A stretch of 64,000 bases of DNA from positions 124,001-188,000 of the IMG/VR virus record IMGVR_UViG_3300024308_000018; one strand, 5' to 3'. Below are positions 27,125-36,270 of the stretch, in pieces. Both the position numbers and the translations under genes were made by a program. Position 1 is the stretch's first letter, and every line of letters starts with the position of its first letter. Under the pieces are notes generated by a model, which saw only the letters and a program-made list of their open reading frames with translations, was not told where the DNA came from and searched no databases.

Positions 27125-27988
27125 ATGGTAGACATGAACAAACTTCAAGAGCTGGTAACCAACGGCGTGGGCAGCAAGGTCGCAGTCAAGGCACCCAAGT
27201 TGCCGCGCGAAGTCACTGCCGCTACCTCTGCCGTCAAGCGCGGTATGGGCGAAATCCAGAAGGTGGCTGACAACGTGTTCATCTGCGTTGGTGGGATTGC
27301 GGGCACCGCAGTTCGCGCTGGCCTGATCGACGTTGCTGGTGTCGAGTGCATGCCACGCGTTAAGTGGGGCACTACTCCGAGTTCCAAGTTCATCGGACAG
27401 GACTTCCCCAGCGCCAAGGACAGCTACCTGAAGCTGACGGCACTGATGAAGAAGCACGCCGAAGACCAGAAGCAAGACTACGTGTCGATGGTGACTGGTA
27501 TGTCGTTGCTCGCTCCCTTGAAGGTTGGGGCTGACCGGACTGATGCGCCGATGGTCGCCTACATGTTTGCCGACTATGGCCCGCACGGGGATAGCCGTGA
27601 CTTCAGTACCTCGAAGGGTAATCCGGTTCCGCGTCCGCGCTTCCACCGCAACGTGTTCGACTCATGCTTCCGTGCCCTCGCCAATCAGGTGAAGACCCAG
27701 CCGAAGTACCAGCAGCTGGGCCGCCCTGCTCGCGTCGGGATCCCGCGCCTCTATGGTGCAATCGGTGGTGTGCAGTTCATGCAGCTGGTTGAACTCGTTA
27801 CCTCTGCCGCCGAAGCGTATCCTGAGATCGAGTTCTACCTGTTCGCCTCCAAGAAGCCGGACGACGCGCTGATCTGCCCGACTGACATTCACCGCCAGCC
27901 GAAGAAGCGCCGCACTGGTGGCAAGCCCAACAACCGCCGTGCGCGCCCTGTTGCCCGTGGTGCGGTCGGGGTGTCCGATGGTAAATAA
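27125..27988 (+). CDS. divergent macrodomain protein (Poa1p/DarG-like)
   Basis: VEC..KWG..FIGQDFP and RVGIPRLYGAIGGVQF..VELV..IEFYLF resemble macrodomain motifs. Confidence 0.55.
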   Translation: MVDMNKLQELVTNGVGSKVAVKAPKLPREVTAATSAVKRGMGEIQKVADNVFICVGGIAGTAVRAGLIDVAGVECMPRVKWGTTPSSKFIGQDFPSAKDSYLKLTALMKKHAEDQKQDYVSMVTGMSLLAPLKVGADRTDAPMVAYMFADYGPHGDSRDFSTSKGNPVPRPRFHRNVFDSCFRALANQVKTQPKYQQLGRPARVGIPRLYGAIGGVQFMQLVELVTSAAEAYPEIEFYLFASKKPDDALICPTDIHRQPKKRRTGGKPNNRRARPVARGAVGVSDGK

Positions 27989-28568
27989 CCCGTTCGTCGG
28001 GGGCCGCTGCTCATTGCAGTCCGTCCTCGATTTCTGCTCCGCTCACCAAGTCGGTGAAATCAAACGACTCTGTGCAGAGGTAGCCGCCGCATCGTCAACC
28101 CGAACCCTGACACGCAACGTCAGACTGGCTATCGCAATCCTGAGCAGGATGAAGGCCGCTAATTTACCAGTGCCCTCCACTTACTGCCTCACGCGCCGCC
28201 CCAAGGATGGCTACGTGCTACACGCGTTCACTTTCTACACGAAGGGAAGCACGTCGTACACGGCACTGGCTGATAAGACAGGCATCATCATTGTGCGCGA
28301 CTTCCACAGTACACACCCGATGGTAATGCGCTGCCTACACAACCAGAAGCAGCACATGCTGGTGAGCGATCAAATTCCCGACGCCGACGAGCTGAAGGAA
28401 CTTGACGAGAGCATTGTGCCTTGGTTCAACCAGTTCATGTTCGCGTTGCGTACACATATCAGAAGCGAAGTGCCGAAGATTGTGTACTCCATCGCAGGAG
28501 ATGTAAGAGGGGATGGCTATGCGAAACGAAGTAGTGAAGAGATACACAGTCACTGCGGCCCAGTGTAA
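27978..28568 (+). CDS. hypothetical protein
   Basis: ATG 27978 overlaps the upstream stop. Confidence 0.6.
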   Translation: MVNNPFVGGRCSLQSVLDFCSAHQVGEIKRLCAEVAAASSTRTLTRNVRLAIAILSRMKAANLPVPSTYCLTRRPKDGYVLHAFTFYTKGSTSYTALADKTGIIIVRDFHSTHPMVMRCLHNQKQHMLVSDQIPDADELKELDESIVPWFNQFMFALRTHIRSEVPKIVYSIAGDVRGDGYAKRSSEEIHSHCGPV

Positions 28569-28830
28569 TAACGTGCCCGTCGCGTTGGGTGAGTTTGAAT
28601 ACGAAGAAGGATCTACGTTGAGCATTCCGGTAGCTGCTATCGACTGGACTAAGACCAGTCAGGTGTTGCAGGTGGAAACAACCGACGGCCCCCTCACGTT
28701 CACTCTCACGTGTGCCCCAATACCTAAAGCCCTGCGCGATGTCGTCAGCACGGTGCGGGTAGCGGTGCTGAAGACCGATGCTGCGTGCCCGTCTCTGTTC
28801 AGGAGTTCAGGGAATGCTGAAGACCAATGA
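28513..28830 (+). CDS. hypothetical protein
   Basis: GAGG RBS; overlapping chain of genes. Confidence 0.6.
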   Translation: MAMRNEVVKRYTVTAAQCNNVPVALGEFEYEEGSTLSIPVAAIDWTKTSQVLQVETTDGPLTFTLTCAPIPKALRDVVSTVRVAVLKTDAACPSLFRSSGNAEDQ

Positions 28831-29488
28831 AGTAGAAACCAAGCTAAAGAAATGGTGCCAGTACGTTCATCAAACAATCCGGCCTATGCCTGAGAACTTG
28901 ATTGACCGTTGCCTGTCGCTGACTTACTCGCACATCACGAGCTCGCCCGATAGACCGCTCAACGTGTTCGACGGCTTCAGCCTTAACGAAGTCGGGGAGA
29001 CAATGTTTGGTCGCGCCATGACGCTGCGTGCACGCTTCGGACTTGCTAACTACAATGCAGTGGAAATCGGGATGCTACTCGACGTTCACTTCCTTATCGT
29101 GCTTGCTTTTGTCGAGCGCTACGGGATGGACTGGGGCATCAAGATGGACGTCAAGCTGCTGAAGAGAATGCGGGATAAACACACTCTCTTCCATTACGTG
29201 CACGACGAAATGTGGCATACTCCGGAGACCTTTCACCACGTGTATGCTACTCCGGTGAAGCAAGTTGTGAAGTGCCTGCAAGACGGGAAAGTTCCCGACT
29301 GCCACCGGACGTCAGACGTTGCACGGATGAAGTATTTCAAGCAGCAGGCTGAAGAGCTTGGTGTTGTTCGTGACGGCTTCGGCCCCGCAAGCAATTATCT
29401 ACGCATGCCCCTGTATCGAGAACTGCACATCACGCGCACCGATCCTCGCAAGCGACCCACTCCGGTTGCACGCAAGGAGACCGCGTGA
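28814..29488 (+). CDS. hypothetical protein
   Basis: AGGAG RBS before ATG 28814. Confidence 0.7.
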   Translation: MLKTNEVETKLKKWCQYVHQTIRPMPENLIDRCLSLTYSHITSSPDRPLNVFDGFSLNEVGETMFGRAMTLRARFGLANYNAVEIGMLLDVHFLIVLAFVERYGMDWGIKMDVKLLKRMRDKHTLFHYVHDEMWHTPETFHHVYATPVKQVVKCLQDGKVPDCHRTSDVARMKYFKQQAEELGVVRDGFGPASNYLRMPLYRELHITRTDPRKRPTPVARKETA

Positions 29489-29519
29489 ACGCGATAATTT
29501 GTGTCTAGGCACAAACCAT

Positions 29520-29549
29520 AGGGGCCCCAGTGGCCCCTCTTTTCGTTTT
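29520..29549 (+). terminator. intrinsic terminator
   Basis: AGGGGCC-CCAGT-GGCCCCT then CTTTTCGTTTT. Confidence 0.7.
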
Positions 29550-29560
29550 GGAGCAAAATC

Positions 29561-29851
29561 ATGGGCAAACCAGTCATTCGCTTAGGCGTCGATAAGTCCA
29601 AGGGCCACGGCTGCTTCCCGCCGACGCAACCTGTCTCCGCATCATCCAACGTTAAGGCCAACGGCATTCGCGTTGTCAGAATGGGCGACAAGTATTCACC
29701 GCATCGTTGCAAGAAAGTCGTGCACGGTTCACGCATCGCGCAATCCCCGTCTACAGTCAAAGTGAATGGTCGGCCCGTACACAGATCAGGTGACCAGATC
29801 AGCTGTGGGGATTCAGCGGGCAAGGGATCCAAGAACGTGAGGGCAGGATAA
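29561..29851 (+). CDS. PAAR-family baseplate spike tip protein
   Basis: PVIRLGVD..GHGCFPP..NVKANG..RMGD..PH..VNGRPVHRSGD..SCG. Confidence 0.92.
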   Translation: MGKPVIRLGVDKSKGHGCFPPTQPVSASSNVKANGIRVVRMGDKYSPHRCKKVVHGSRIAQSPSTVKVNGRPVHRSGDQISCGDSAGKGSKNVRAG

Positions 29852-30288
29852 TGGCAGCTCTATCAGACGTCAGCTTGGACTACGGGCAGCAGGCAGCGGA
29901 CACCGTTACCGATGTTGACTCCGCAGTCCAGAAGCTGATTGTTGTTCTCAGTGTGCCGCGCGGTGCACGCAAGCGCTACGAAGACTTCGGCAGTACCACC
30001 TACACCCAATTGTTCGAGCCGTTCGATGACATCACCGCAGGCTGGATTGGCGTGGGCATCCAAGAAGCCATCGAGAATCCAGCCAACGAGATACGCGACC
30101 TGTTCACCGACTTGCGTATCTCAGTCACGCGCGGCCCGCAGACCTACTTCTGCGCGTTAGACTTCCGCGTCATTCTCCCGAGCGGCGAGAAGAGCGCGAT
30201 GATCAACTACAAATTCCAACTTCAACCGCAGGGCAATGCCCTCAGTCTTCCGCGTCGCGTGGCCGGATTAAGGAGCAACAATGGCTAA
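29851..30288 (+). CDS. baseplate wedge protein, T4 gp25-like
   Basis: VLSVPRGAR..YEDFGS..LFEPFD motif; position after PAAR. Confidence 0.8.
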   Translation: MAALSDVSLDYGQQAADTVTDVDSAVQKLIVVLSVPRGARKRYEDFGSTTYTQLFEPFDDITAGWIGVGIQEAIENPANEIRDLFTDLRISVTRGPQTYFCALDFRVILPSGEKSAMINYKFQLQPQGNALSLPRRVAGLRSNNG

Positions 30289-31735
30289 CCTAACGCAGCT
30301 GACAACCCACCGTCAGATCGTCGATTACATCTTGGCGAAGGCCAGCGAAAGCACCCAGTGGAGCGACAAGCAAGCGGCTTCCATGCTGGTGCTGTTAGCG
30401 GACGTGCTCGGTGACATCGGCGAAGCCAACTCCGCAGCAATCAACATTGCAGCGCGGGAAGCATTCATCCAGTTGTCGCGCCGCCAGTCCAGCACCTACG
30501 CTGGTGCTCGCTTCCTCGGCATTCCCATCAAGCGCAAGTCGCCCGCTGTTACCACGGCGCGTTTCACCAACGGTACGTCTGACGCAATCAGTTACGACCG
30601 TGGAACGCCGCTGACGGTCGGCGGGCGTAGTGCGTTCCTCACCCAAACTCTCAGCCTGCAAGCGGGCCAAACTGGCGACGCCACTGTTGAGATCGGTGAA
30701 GTCCGTGTCGAGAGCTTCACGCTGACCGAACGTTACGAGCTGCTGACCGTGCCGTTGTCCGCCACCAACTTCACCATCTCGTCTTACGAAGTGTGGACGG
30801 AAGACGCACAGGGTGCTGTCTATCCCTACACCGTGATCGACCGCGCATTGACTCGCGCTGAAGTCGGTGACCGCGTGGTGACTGACGTGACCAACGAAGA
30901 TGGATCGGTAACCCTGCTGTTCGGTGGCCGATACTTCGGCTACGCTCCGGACAAAGACCACAAGCTGTTCGTGCGCTACCACGTAAGCGGCGGCCTCAGT
31001 GACAACAATGACAGCGTTGGGCTGCTGACTGAAGTCGTGGAGAACACCAACGTCGCGGGCCGCACTCTTGAGCCTCTGCTCGGTGCCGACGATGAATTGC
31101 CGTTCGAGTTCTACAAGCAGTTCGGCCCCATCCTGCATCTTAGCGAAGGTCGCCTGTCTCGCCCGGACGAATGGCGCGCTGCAATCTTGGCATTCCCCGG
31201 TGTGGCGGACTGCGCAATTCTGAGCCAGCGTGACGTTGCACCCAGCGACCCGACTTGGCAGCTGATGCTGCGGGTCTGCGTGCTGGCGGAATCAGGCTCA
31301 ACGTTCGGTGGCGTGAACCCCAACCCGACCTCCGCTGCGTGGGAGCGACTGCTGGCAATGCTCGCCAAGTACAAGCCGTTCCACACTGTGCAGACGTGGA
31401 ACCCAACGCGCATTCTGGTGCCAGTAGTCGTCGAGGTCGCGGTGCACGAATGGTACACTGGTGACCTGCGCGACGTTGAACTCCGCTCTATGCGCAAGAT
31501 CAACGAGCTGTTCAAACCGCGTGCCGGAATCTTGGGCCGCATGCTGGCAATCGACGACCTGAGCGACTGCTGCCGTATCGAGGGCAAGCAGCGTCTGGAT
31601 TACGTGGATTACGTGCGCGTGTTGTCCCCCGAAGAAGACCTGACACCGGGATCGAAACTCGAATACATCGGACTGCGTAGCGTGCGCGTGACCGTAGTCT
31701 ACAGCAAACGAGGTGACTCTAATGCTTTCATCTGA
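30281..31735 (+). CDS. baseplate wedge protein (gpJ / T4 gp6-like)
   Basis: AREAFIQLSR..GIPIKRKSPA; LLFGGRYFGYAP..VRYHVSGG; GADDEL. Confidence 0.85.
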   Translation: MANLTQLTTHRQIVDYILAKASESTQWSDKQAASMLVLLADVLGDIGEANSAAINIAAREAFIQLSRRQSSTYAGARFLGIPIKRKSPAVTTARFTNGTSDAISYDRGTPLTVGGRSAFLTQTLSLQAGQTGDATVEIGEVRVESFTLTERYELLTVPLSATNFTISSYEVWTEDAQGAVYPYTVIDRALTRAEVGDRVVTDVTNEDGSVTLLFGGRYFGYAPDKDHKLFVRYHVSGGLSDNNDSVGLLTEVVENTNVAGRTLEPLLGADDELPFEFYKQFGPILHLSEGRLSRPDEWRAAILAFPGVADCAILSQRDVAPSDPTWQLMLRVCVLAESGSTFGGVNPNPTSAAWERLLAMLAKYKPFHTVQTWNPTRILVPVVVEVAVHEWYTGDLRDVELRSMRKINELFKPRAGILGRMLAIDDLSDCCRIEGKQRLDYVDYVRVLSPEEDLTPGSKLEYIGLRSVRVTVVYSKRGDSNAFI

Positions 31736-34700
31736 TCTGCCGTCGTTGGATGTCCTTGAGGAAAACCCGGCGTGGGTGGAACTCATTGACATACTGCGAT
31801 CCACTAACGACACGTTGATCCTTCCGCAGATTGAAGCCCTGATGGCGGTGCGCAAAGTTGCCGACTCCGACGAGTACGCGGTGGCCGAAGCCAGCCTCCG
31901 GATGATTGGCATCAACATCAGCAGCGGGATCATGCGTAAGCAGGCCCTGCGTCTCGCTGCCGCGTTCGATACAGTCAACCAATATCGCCAAGTCATGGAC
32001 ACCGCGAACTGGGATAAGTTCGCAGCGTTCTTGATCGATGATCTGTTCAACGTCACTCGTCTCTGGACTTCAGACTACCGCAGCTTCTACGCTGCGCCGC
32101 AAGGCCGGACGATTGGCGAAGGCGGCAAGTGGTATCCGACCACCCACATGGAGCTGGAAGTCGGGGCCTCTGCTGAGAATGCCGGATTCGAACTCACCAT
32201 TAGCCACAGCATGGTTCCAGAGATCATCGAGCTATTGGTTTCCGGCAACTGGATGAACGAAGACGACGCGCGCGAGTGGGCCACCAACCACGTCGGCCTG
32301 CAACTGAACAACGAGACGCTGCACAAGTCCTACGTGCGGGCCTACCTGTTCGGCAAGCGCATCACCGAATTCTTCTACCAGTGGGCACCCATCGAAGACG
32401 TGCTCGAATCCATCATCATTACCACACAAGCCAGCGCCAAGCTCATGTTCGGTGCCCGCTTGATTCACGAACCGTTCCGCTACAACAGCGCAGGCGGCAA
32501 GGCCATCGACTTGGGAGCCAGTGGCTTTGAGTACGGTGGCCCCGTGATTCGTGCTGGTGCCCGCTTCACCTTCAGCTACGTGACTCGCTACCAAGACGGC
32601 ACGACTTCCGTCCATCAGGCTTATTGCGTGTCACCAGAGATCGAGTCCGCCGACATCGGCTGGTGCATGTTCAAGGTGCCTGAGTTCAAGAAAGCGATCC
32701 GCGTCGAACTCCGCTACCGCGATCAGTCGAAGTTCGTGGAGCTGCAACTGGAGTCCAACATCAACGTTGTGGATCCCGTGACGCTTTCGATTCGTGCGCA
32801 GAACCCATCCTACGGCGGACGTCGTGTTCCCTTCACGGCTTATGCCCAATACGCGGGAACCTCAACCGTGGACATCACGGAGGAAAGCGGCTTCCTCAAA
32901 TGGGAAACCGACTTCGGTGTGTTCGAGGGCGCGACCTTGGTGCTGCCTAATGTGCTGGCCGACGGCGTTGCCAACGTTCGCTGCACTTACATCGGTGTAG
33001 ACCGTGAGCTGGTCGCCACATTCCAGCTGAAGGTACTGCGCAACGTGGCAGAGCGCTACGCGGTGGAACTCGAATTCATCACGCCGCTGAGTGTGCCGCA
33101 GGGCCAGAACTTCACGGTGCTGACTCGTGCCAAGTTCAACGACGACACGGTGGAAGAGGTGCAGGCCGTCTTGTATTCCAGCACCAACAAGCTGGACATA
33201 CAGGACAACACTGTCGTGACTTCCGTGCAGAGTACCGACTACATCGCAACCCTGATCGCCGAGTACCAGACGCCGGGCGGCCCACGCCTGACCAAGCGCA
33301 ACACGGTACGCGTCATTGCTCGCCGTTGGGGAGTCGTGGCTACTAGAATCCGGGTGCCTGATCGCATCGTAGAGCGCGCAACCTTCATTCCGGAAGCTCA
33401 ACTCTACATCGTGGATCTCGATGCGCCGCCCGCCGAGATAGAAGCGGGCAATCCCCTGTACGTTCGCGGCTGGCGTGCTGCCCACAACTGCCGTTGGTAC
33501 GGGGTAACAGGCGCTGACTACGGTGCACTGAATCCCCATCCGGTAACCGGAGAGTTCACGGCACCTGTTGTTGCCGCCGACACCAAGTGCGGCATTGGGT
33601 TCACCGCGCAGTACAACACGGCGACCGTCTCTGGCTTCAAGTCAGTGGTTGTCTACGACGAGCTGTTGCAGTTGCAGACGCTTGATGTGCTGATGAACAC
33701 GTTCATCGCCAGCCAGACCCAGAACTCGCTGCGCTCCATCGGGGAATGGAACTCTGGTGCCCAGACCGAACTCAACGCTCAGTACGAAGTAACGTTCATT
33801 CCTAGCGAGTCGAGCATTGCGCAAGTGAAGGCCGACATCATTGCGGAAATCGAACGTCGCTTGGCTGCCGGAGAGGACGCGTCGGATCTGAATCCCAACA
33901 ACCCAGATTACTCGCAGTACGTGGAACTCGGTTTCCGTGACAGCACAGTCGAAGGCTACGACTCGGTGAAGGACGTGAAGTTCTTGCGCCAGCTGCTGGT
34001 GTTCCGTGGTACGCTGCATGGCCGCGCCCTGCTCACCGCCAAGTACGAGCACAATGGCAAGGTGCTGGTGAACGAGACAACGATTTCGCTGTCGCCGCTC
34101 CGCAACCGCGTGGTTGCCCTGCACATGGAGGCCCCGCAGGTTGTCGGCGAGCGCAGCCGGACTTTCGTGCGTGCGAAAGTCCAGTACGACACCGGAGACC
34201 GTGCTTACATCGGCGCAATCTGGGAGGCCGACTGGTATGAGGATGACCAGTACACCGACCTCATTACGTTCAGCGCTAGGGATTGGCCGGGTCTGGAGCT
34301 GGTCACCGTGTTGGAGAACCGCGAGCCCAAAGACTTCGACGACTTCCTGACCATGCAGGCTTCCCGTCTCCCAGTGTTTGCCGACGTGCGCTCAATGGAA
34401 GACCTCAAGTTGCTTGTGGCGGCTGGTGCTATCATGCAGATCGACACGGTAACGGAGCTGAAGCTGGCGCGCCTGACCGCTCGTTACTTCAACGTGAAGA
34501 CCCACCTCGACATCACGGTAACCCCGGCGGTGCCGACGCCGATCAACACGATTACCAACTCCTACATCATCGGCCCCACCGAAGTGAACGCCGACCAGCT
34601 CTACGCGTCTTACGCTCTGGTGAACACCTACGCGATGACAGGCGACTTGGTGCTGTTGGATGGTTCGGAGATTGACGGGCAGCCGTATGAGTTTGAGATG

Positions 34701-36242
34701 GAGGTGTCGAGTGACTGGGTAATCATCAGCAACGAAGAACTTCAGCCTGACGGATCGTATCTGCCTGCTGCGTCAGCGTTGGTATCCATCGACGGGGACG
34801 GCTACATGCGCCCAATGCGTAACGTTGATGGACGCGTGCTGGTGCGTGCGGTGTTCAATGACAACTTCAACAAGTTCAGCCGTGACCTGATGGTGTTCAT
34901 CCGTCGCGCCAACACATACCTGAAGAGTCTCGACATCCTCGGGCAATCCGAAGTAAGCGATTCTCCTTCCGGTAACCCGACCGTCGAGTACGTCGATGGC
35001 TTGTGGTACGTGCCGTATAACCTGCGCCTCGTTACCGCAGACGACGCCGAAGGCATTCTGATTCCGGCAACCGATGCTCTGTGGTCGCTGGTCGGCCCCG
35101 TCAGTATGTCAGGTGTATCGCTCGGTGAAAGCAACGGCCACCTGTATGTGACGAAGCAACTGAGTGACGCGCAGATCACGATCAGCGCCAAGCTGTCGTA
35201 TCCGAAACCTGACGGCACGATGGAGACAATCGTGGGAATGATGACGATCATGGTGCGGGCGTCGCGCAGTATTATCAGCGCGTACATCGACTTCACCGAT
35301 TCCAACATCGCCCCCGATACCGACATCCAGATGGTCATGCACTGGGAGCGGCGCAATCAGGACAAGGGCAGCTCGCTCAGTCCAGTGATCGGCGTTGGCT
35401 ACCAGTGGGCGCTGCGCACTCCCATCGGTGAAGGCATCACGTTGTCTAGCGATGGTATCCTGCGATTCCGGCCGAGCAACGTTGCACAGGATGCAGTCGT
35501 GGAATGTACGCTCACCGAAGATCGCACCAAGATCGTGGAAGCTATTCGCGTGACATGTCCCGGTGTCGGCTACCCAACGAGCGTTGTAATCGAGGGCTTT
35601 AAGCGCGTGCGCGACGACAGCTCGATCCAGTTGAAGGGCATTGTGAAGCGTGCTGCTCGTCCCGAGACTGACGAGACTGCGAACTGCTTCTGGACGTTGC
35701 GTAACGCCAACGGCGACGAGGTGAACTACGCGGGAATCACAATCAATCCACGTAGCGGCATGCTGACCTCAACACAGCTTGCACAGGACGCCAAGGTCTA
35801 CGTGCACTGCTTGTTCCTTGAAGGCAAAATCCGACTGGAAGCAACGCACGTTGTCGACGTTATCAGCAGCATTCCGTATTACGGGGAAGCAGCGTTCGGC
35901 GTCAACACGTTGGTGGAAGTGCTGGCGCTTGGTCGCCGACTCAACGCGCAGGGTGGCGGGAGCTTCATCATCGACGCGCGCGCCGATCAGTACGGCTACT
36001 TCTGTTGCCGTGAGGATGCGGGAGCCGCCGAGTTGATTCCCACAGCGTTGCCGAATGGTGTACTCAACACTGGTTACGAAGGTTGGGATGGTGCAAGCTG
36101 GACACTCAGTGACTTCAGCGGCCGTGGCCCCATCTACATCGAGATCGTGTACGAGAACATCACCGAACGTCTCGCTCTGTACCGCACAAATAAACGTGCT
36201 GCGATGCTCGCAAAGTTCACCGTCAAGTATCTCAAACCCTAA
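31722..36242 (+). CDS. large baseplate/tail protein with Ig-like repeats
   Basis: GAGGTG RBS; wedge-like N-terminus followed by many beta-rich Ig-like repeats. Confidence 0.75.
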   Translation: MLSSDLPSLDVLEENPAWVELIDILRSTNDTLILPQIEALMAVRKVADSDEYAVAEASLRMIGINISSGIMRKQALRLAAAFDTVNQYRQVMDTANWDKFAAFLIDDLFNVTRLWTSDYRSFYAAPQGRTIGEGGKWYPTTHMELEVGASAENAGFELTISHSMVPEIIELLVSGNWMNEDDAREWATNHVGLQLNNETLHKSYVRAYLFGKRITEFFYQWAPIEDVLESIIITTQASAKLMFGARLIHEPFRYNSAGGKAIDLGASGFEYGGPVIRAGARFTFSYVTRYQDGTTSVHQAYCVSPEIESADIGWCMFKVPEFKKAIRVELRYRDQSKFVELQLESNINVVDPVTLSIRAQNPSYGGRRVPFTAYAQYAGTSTVDITEESGFLKWETDFGVFEGATLVLPNVLADGVANVRCTYIGVDRELVATFQLKVLRNVAERYAVELEFITPLSVPQGQNFTVLTRAKFNDDTVEEVQAVLYSSTNKLDIQDNTVVTSVQSTDYIATLIAEYQTPGGPRLTKRNTVRVIARRWGVVATRIRVPDRIVERATFIPEAQLYIVDLDAPPAEIEAGNPLYVRGWRAAHNCRWYGVTGADYGALNPHPVTGEFTAPVVAADTKCGIGFTAQYNTATVSGFKSVVVYDELLQLQTLDVLMNTFIASQTQNSLRSIGEWNSGAQTELNAQYEVTFIPSESSIAQVKADIIAEIERRLAAGEDASDLNPNNPDYSQYVELGFRDSTVEGYDSVKDVKFLRQLLVFRGTLHGRALLTAKYEHNGKVLVNETTISLSPLRNRVVALHMEAPQVVGERSRTFVRAKVQYDTGDRAYIGAIWEADWYEDDQYTDLITFSARDWPGLELVTVLENREPKDFDDFLTMQASRLPVFADVRSMEDLKLLVAAGAIMQIDTVTELKLARLTARYFNVKTHLDITVTPAVPTPINTITNSYIIGPTEVNADQLYASYALVNTYAMTGDLVLLDGSEIDGQPYEFEMEVSSDWVIISNEELQPDGSYLPAASALVSIDGDGYMRPMRNVDGRVLVRAVFNDNFNKFSRDLMVFIRRANTYLKSLDILGQSEVSDSPSGNPTVEYVDGLWYVPYNLRLVTADDAEGILIPATDALWSLVGPVSMSGVSLGESNGHLYVTKQLSDAQITISAKLSYPKPDGTMETIVGMMTIMVRASRSIISAYIDFTDSNIAPDTDIQMVMHWERRNQDKGSSLSPVIGVGYQWALRTPIGEGITLSSDGILRFRPSNVAQDAVVECTLTEDRTKIVEAIRVTCPGVGYPTSVVIEGFKRVRDDSSIQLKGIVKRAARPETDETANCFWTLRNANGDEVNYAGITINPRSGMLTSTQLAQDAKVYVHCLFLEGKIRLEATHVVDVISSIPYYGEAAFGVNTLVEVLALGRRLNAQGGGSFIIDARADQYGYFCCREDAGAAELIPTALPNGVLNTGYEGWDGASWTLSDFSGRGPIYIEIVYENITERLALYRTNKRAAMLAKFTVKYLKP

Positions 36243-36270
36243 TTTAGGGTAGATACCCGAGGAAACATCC

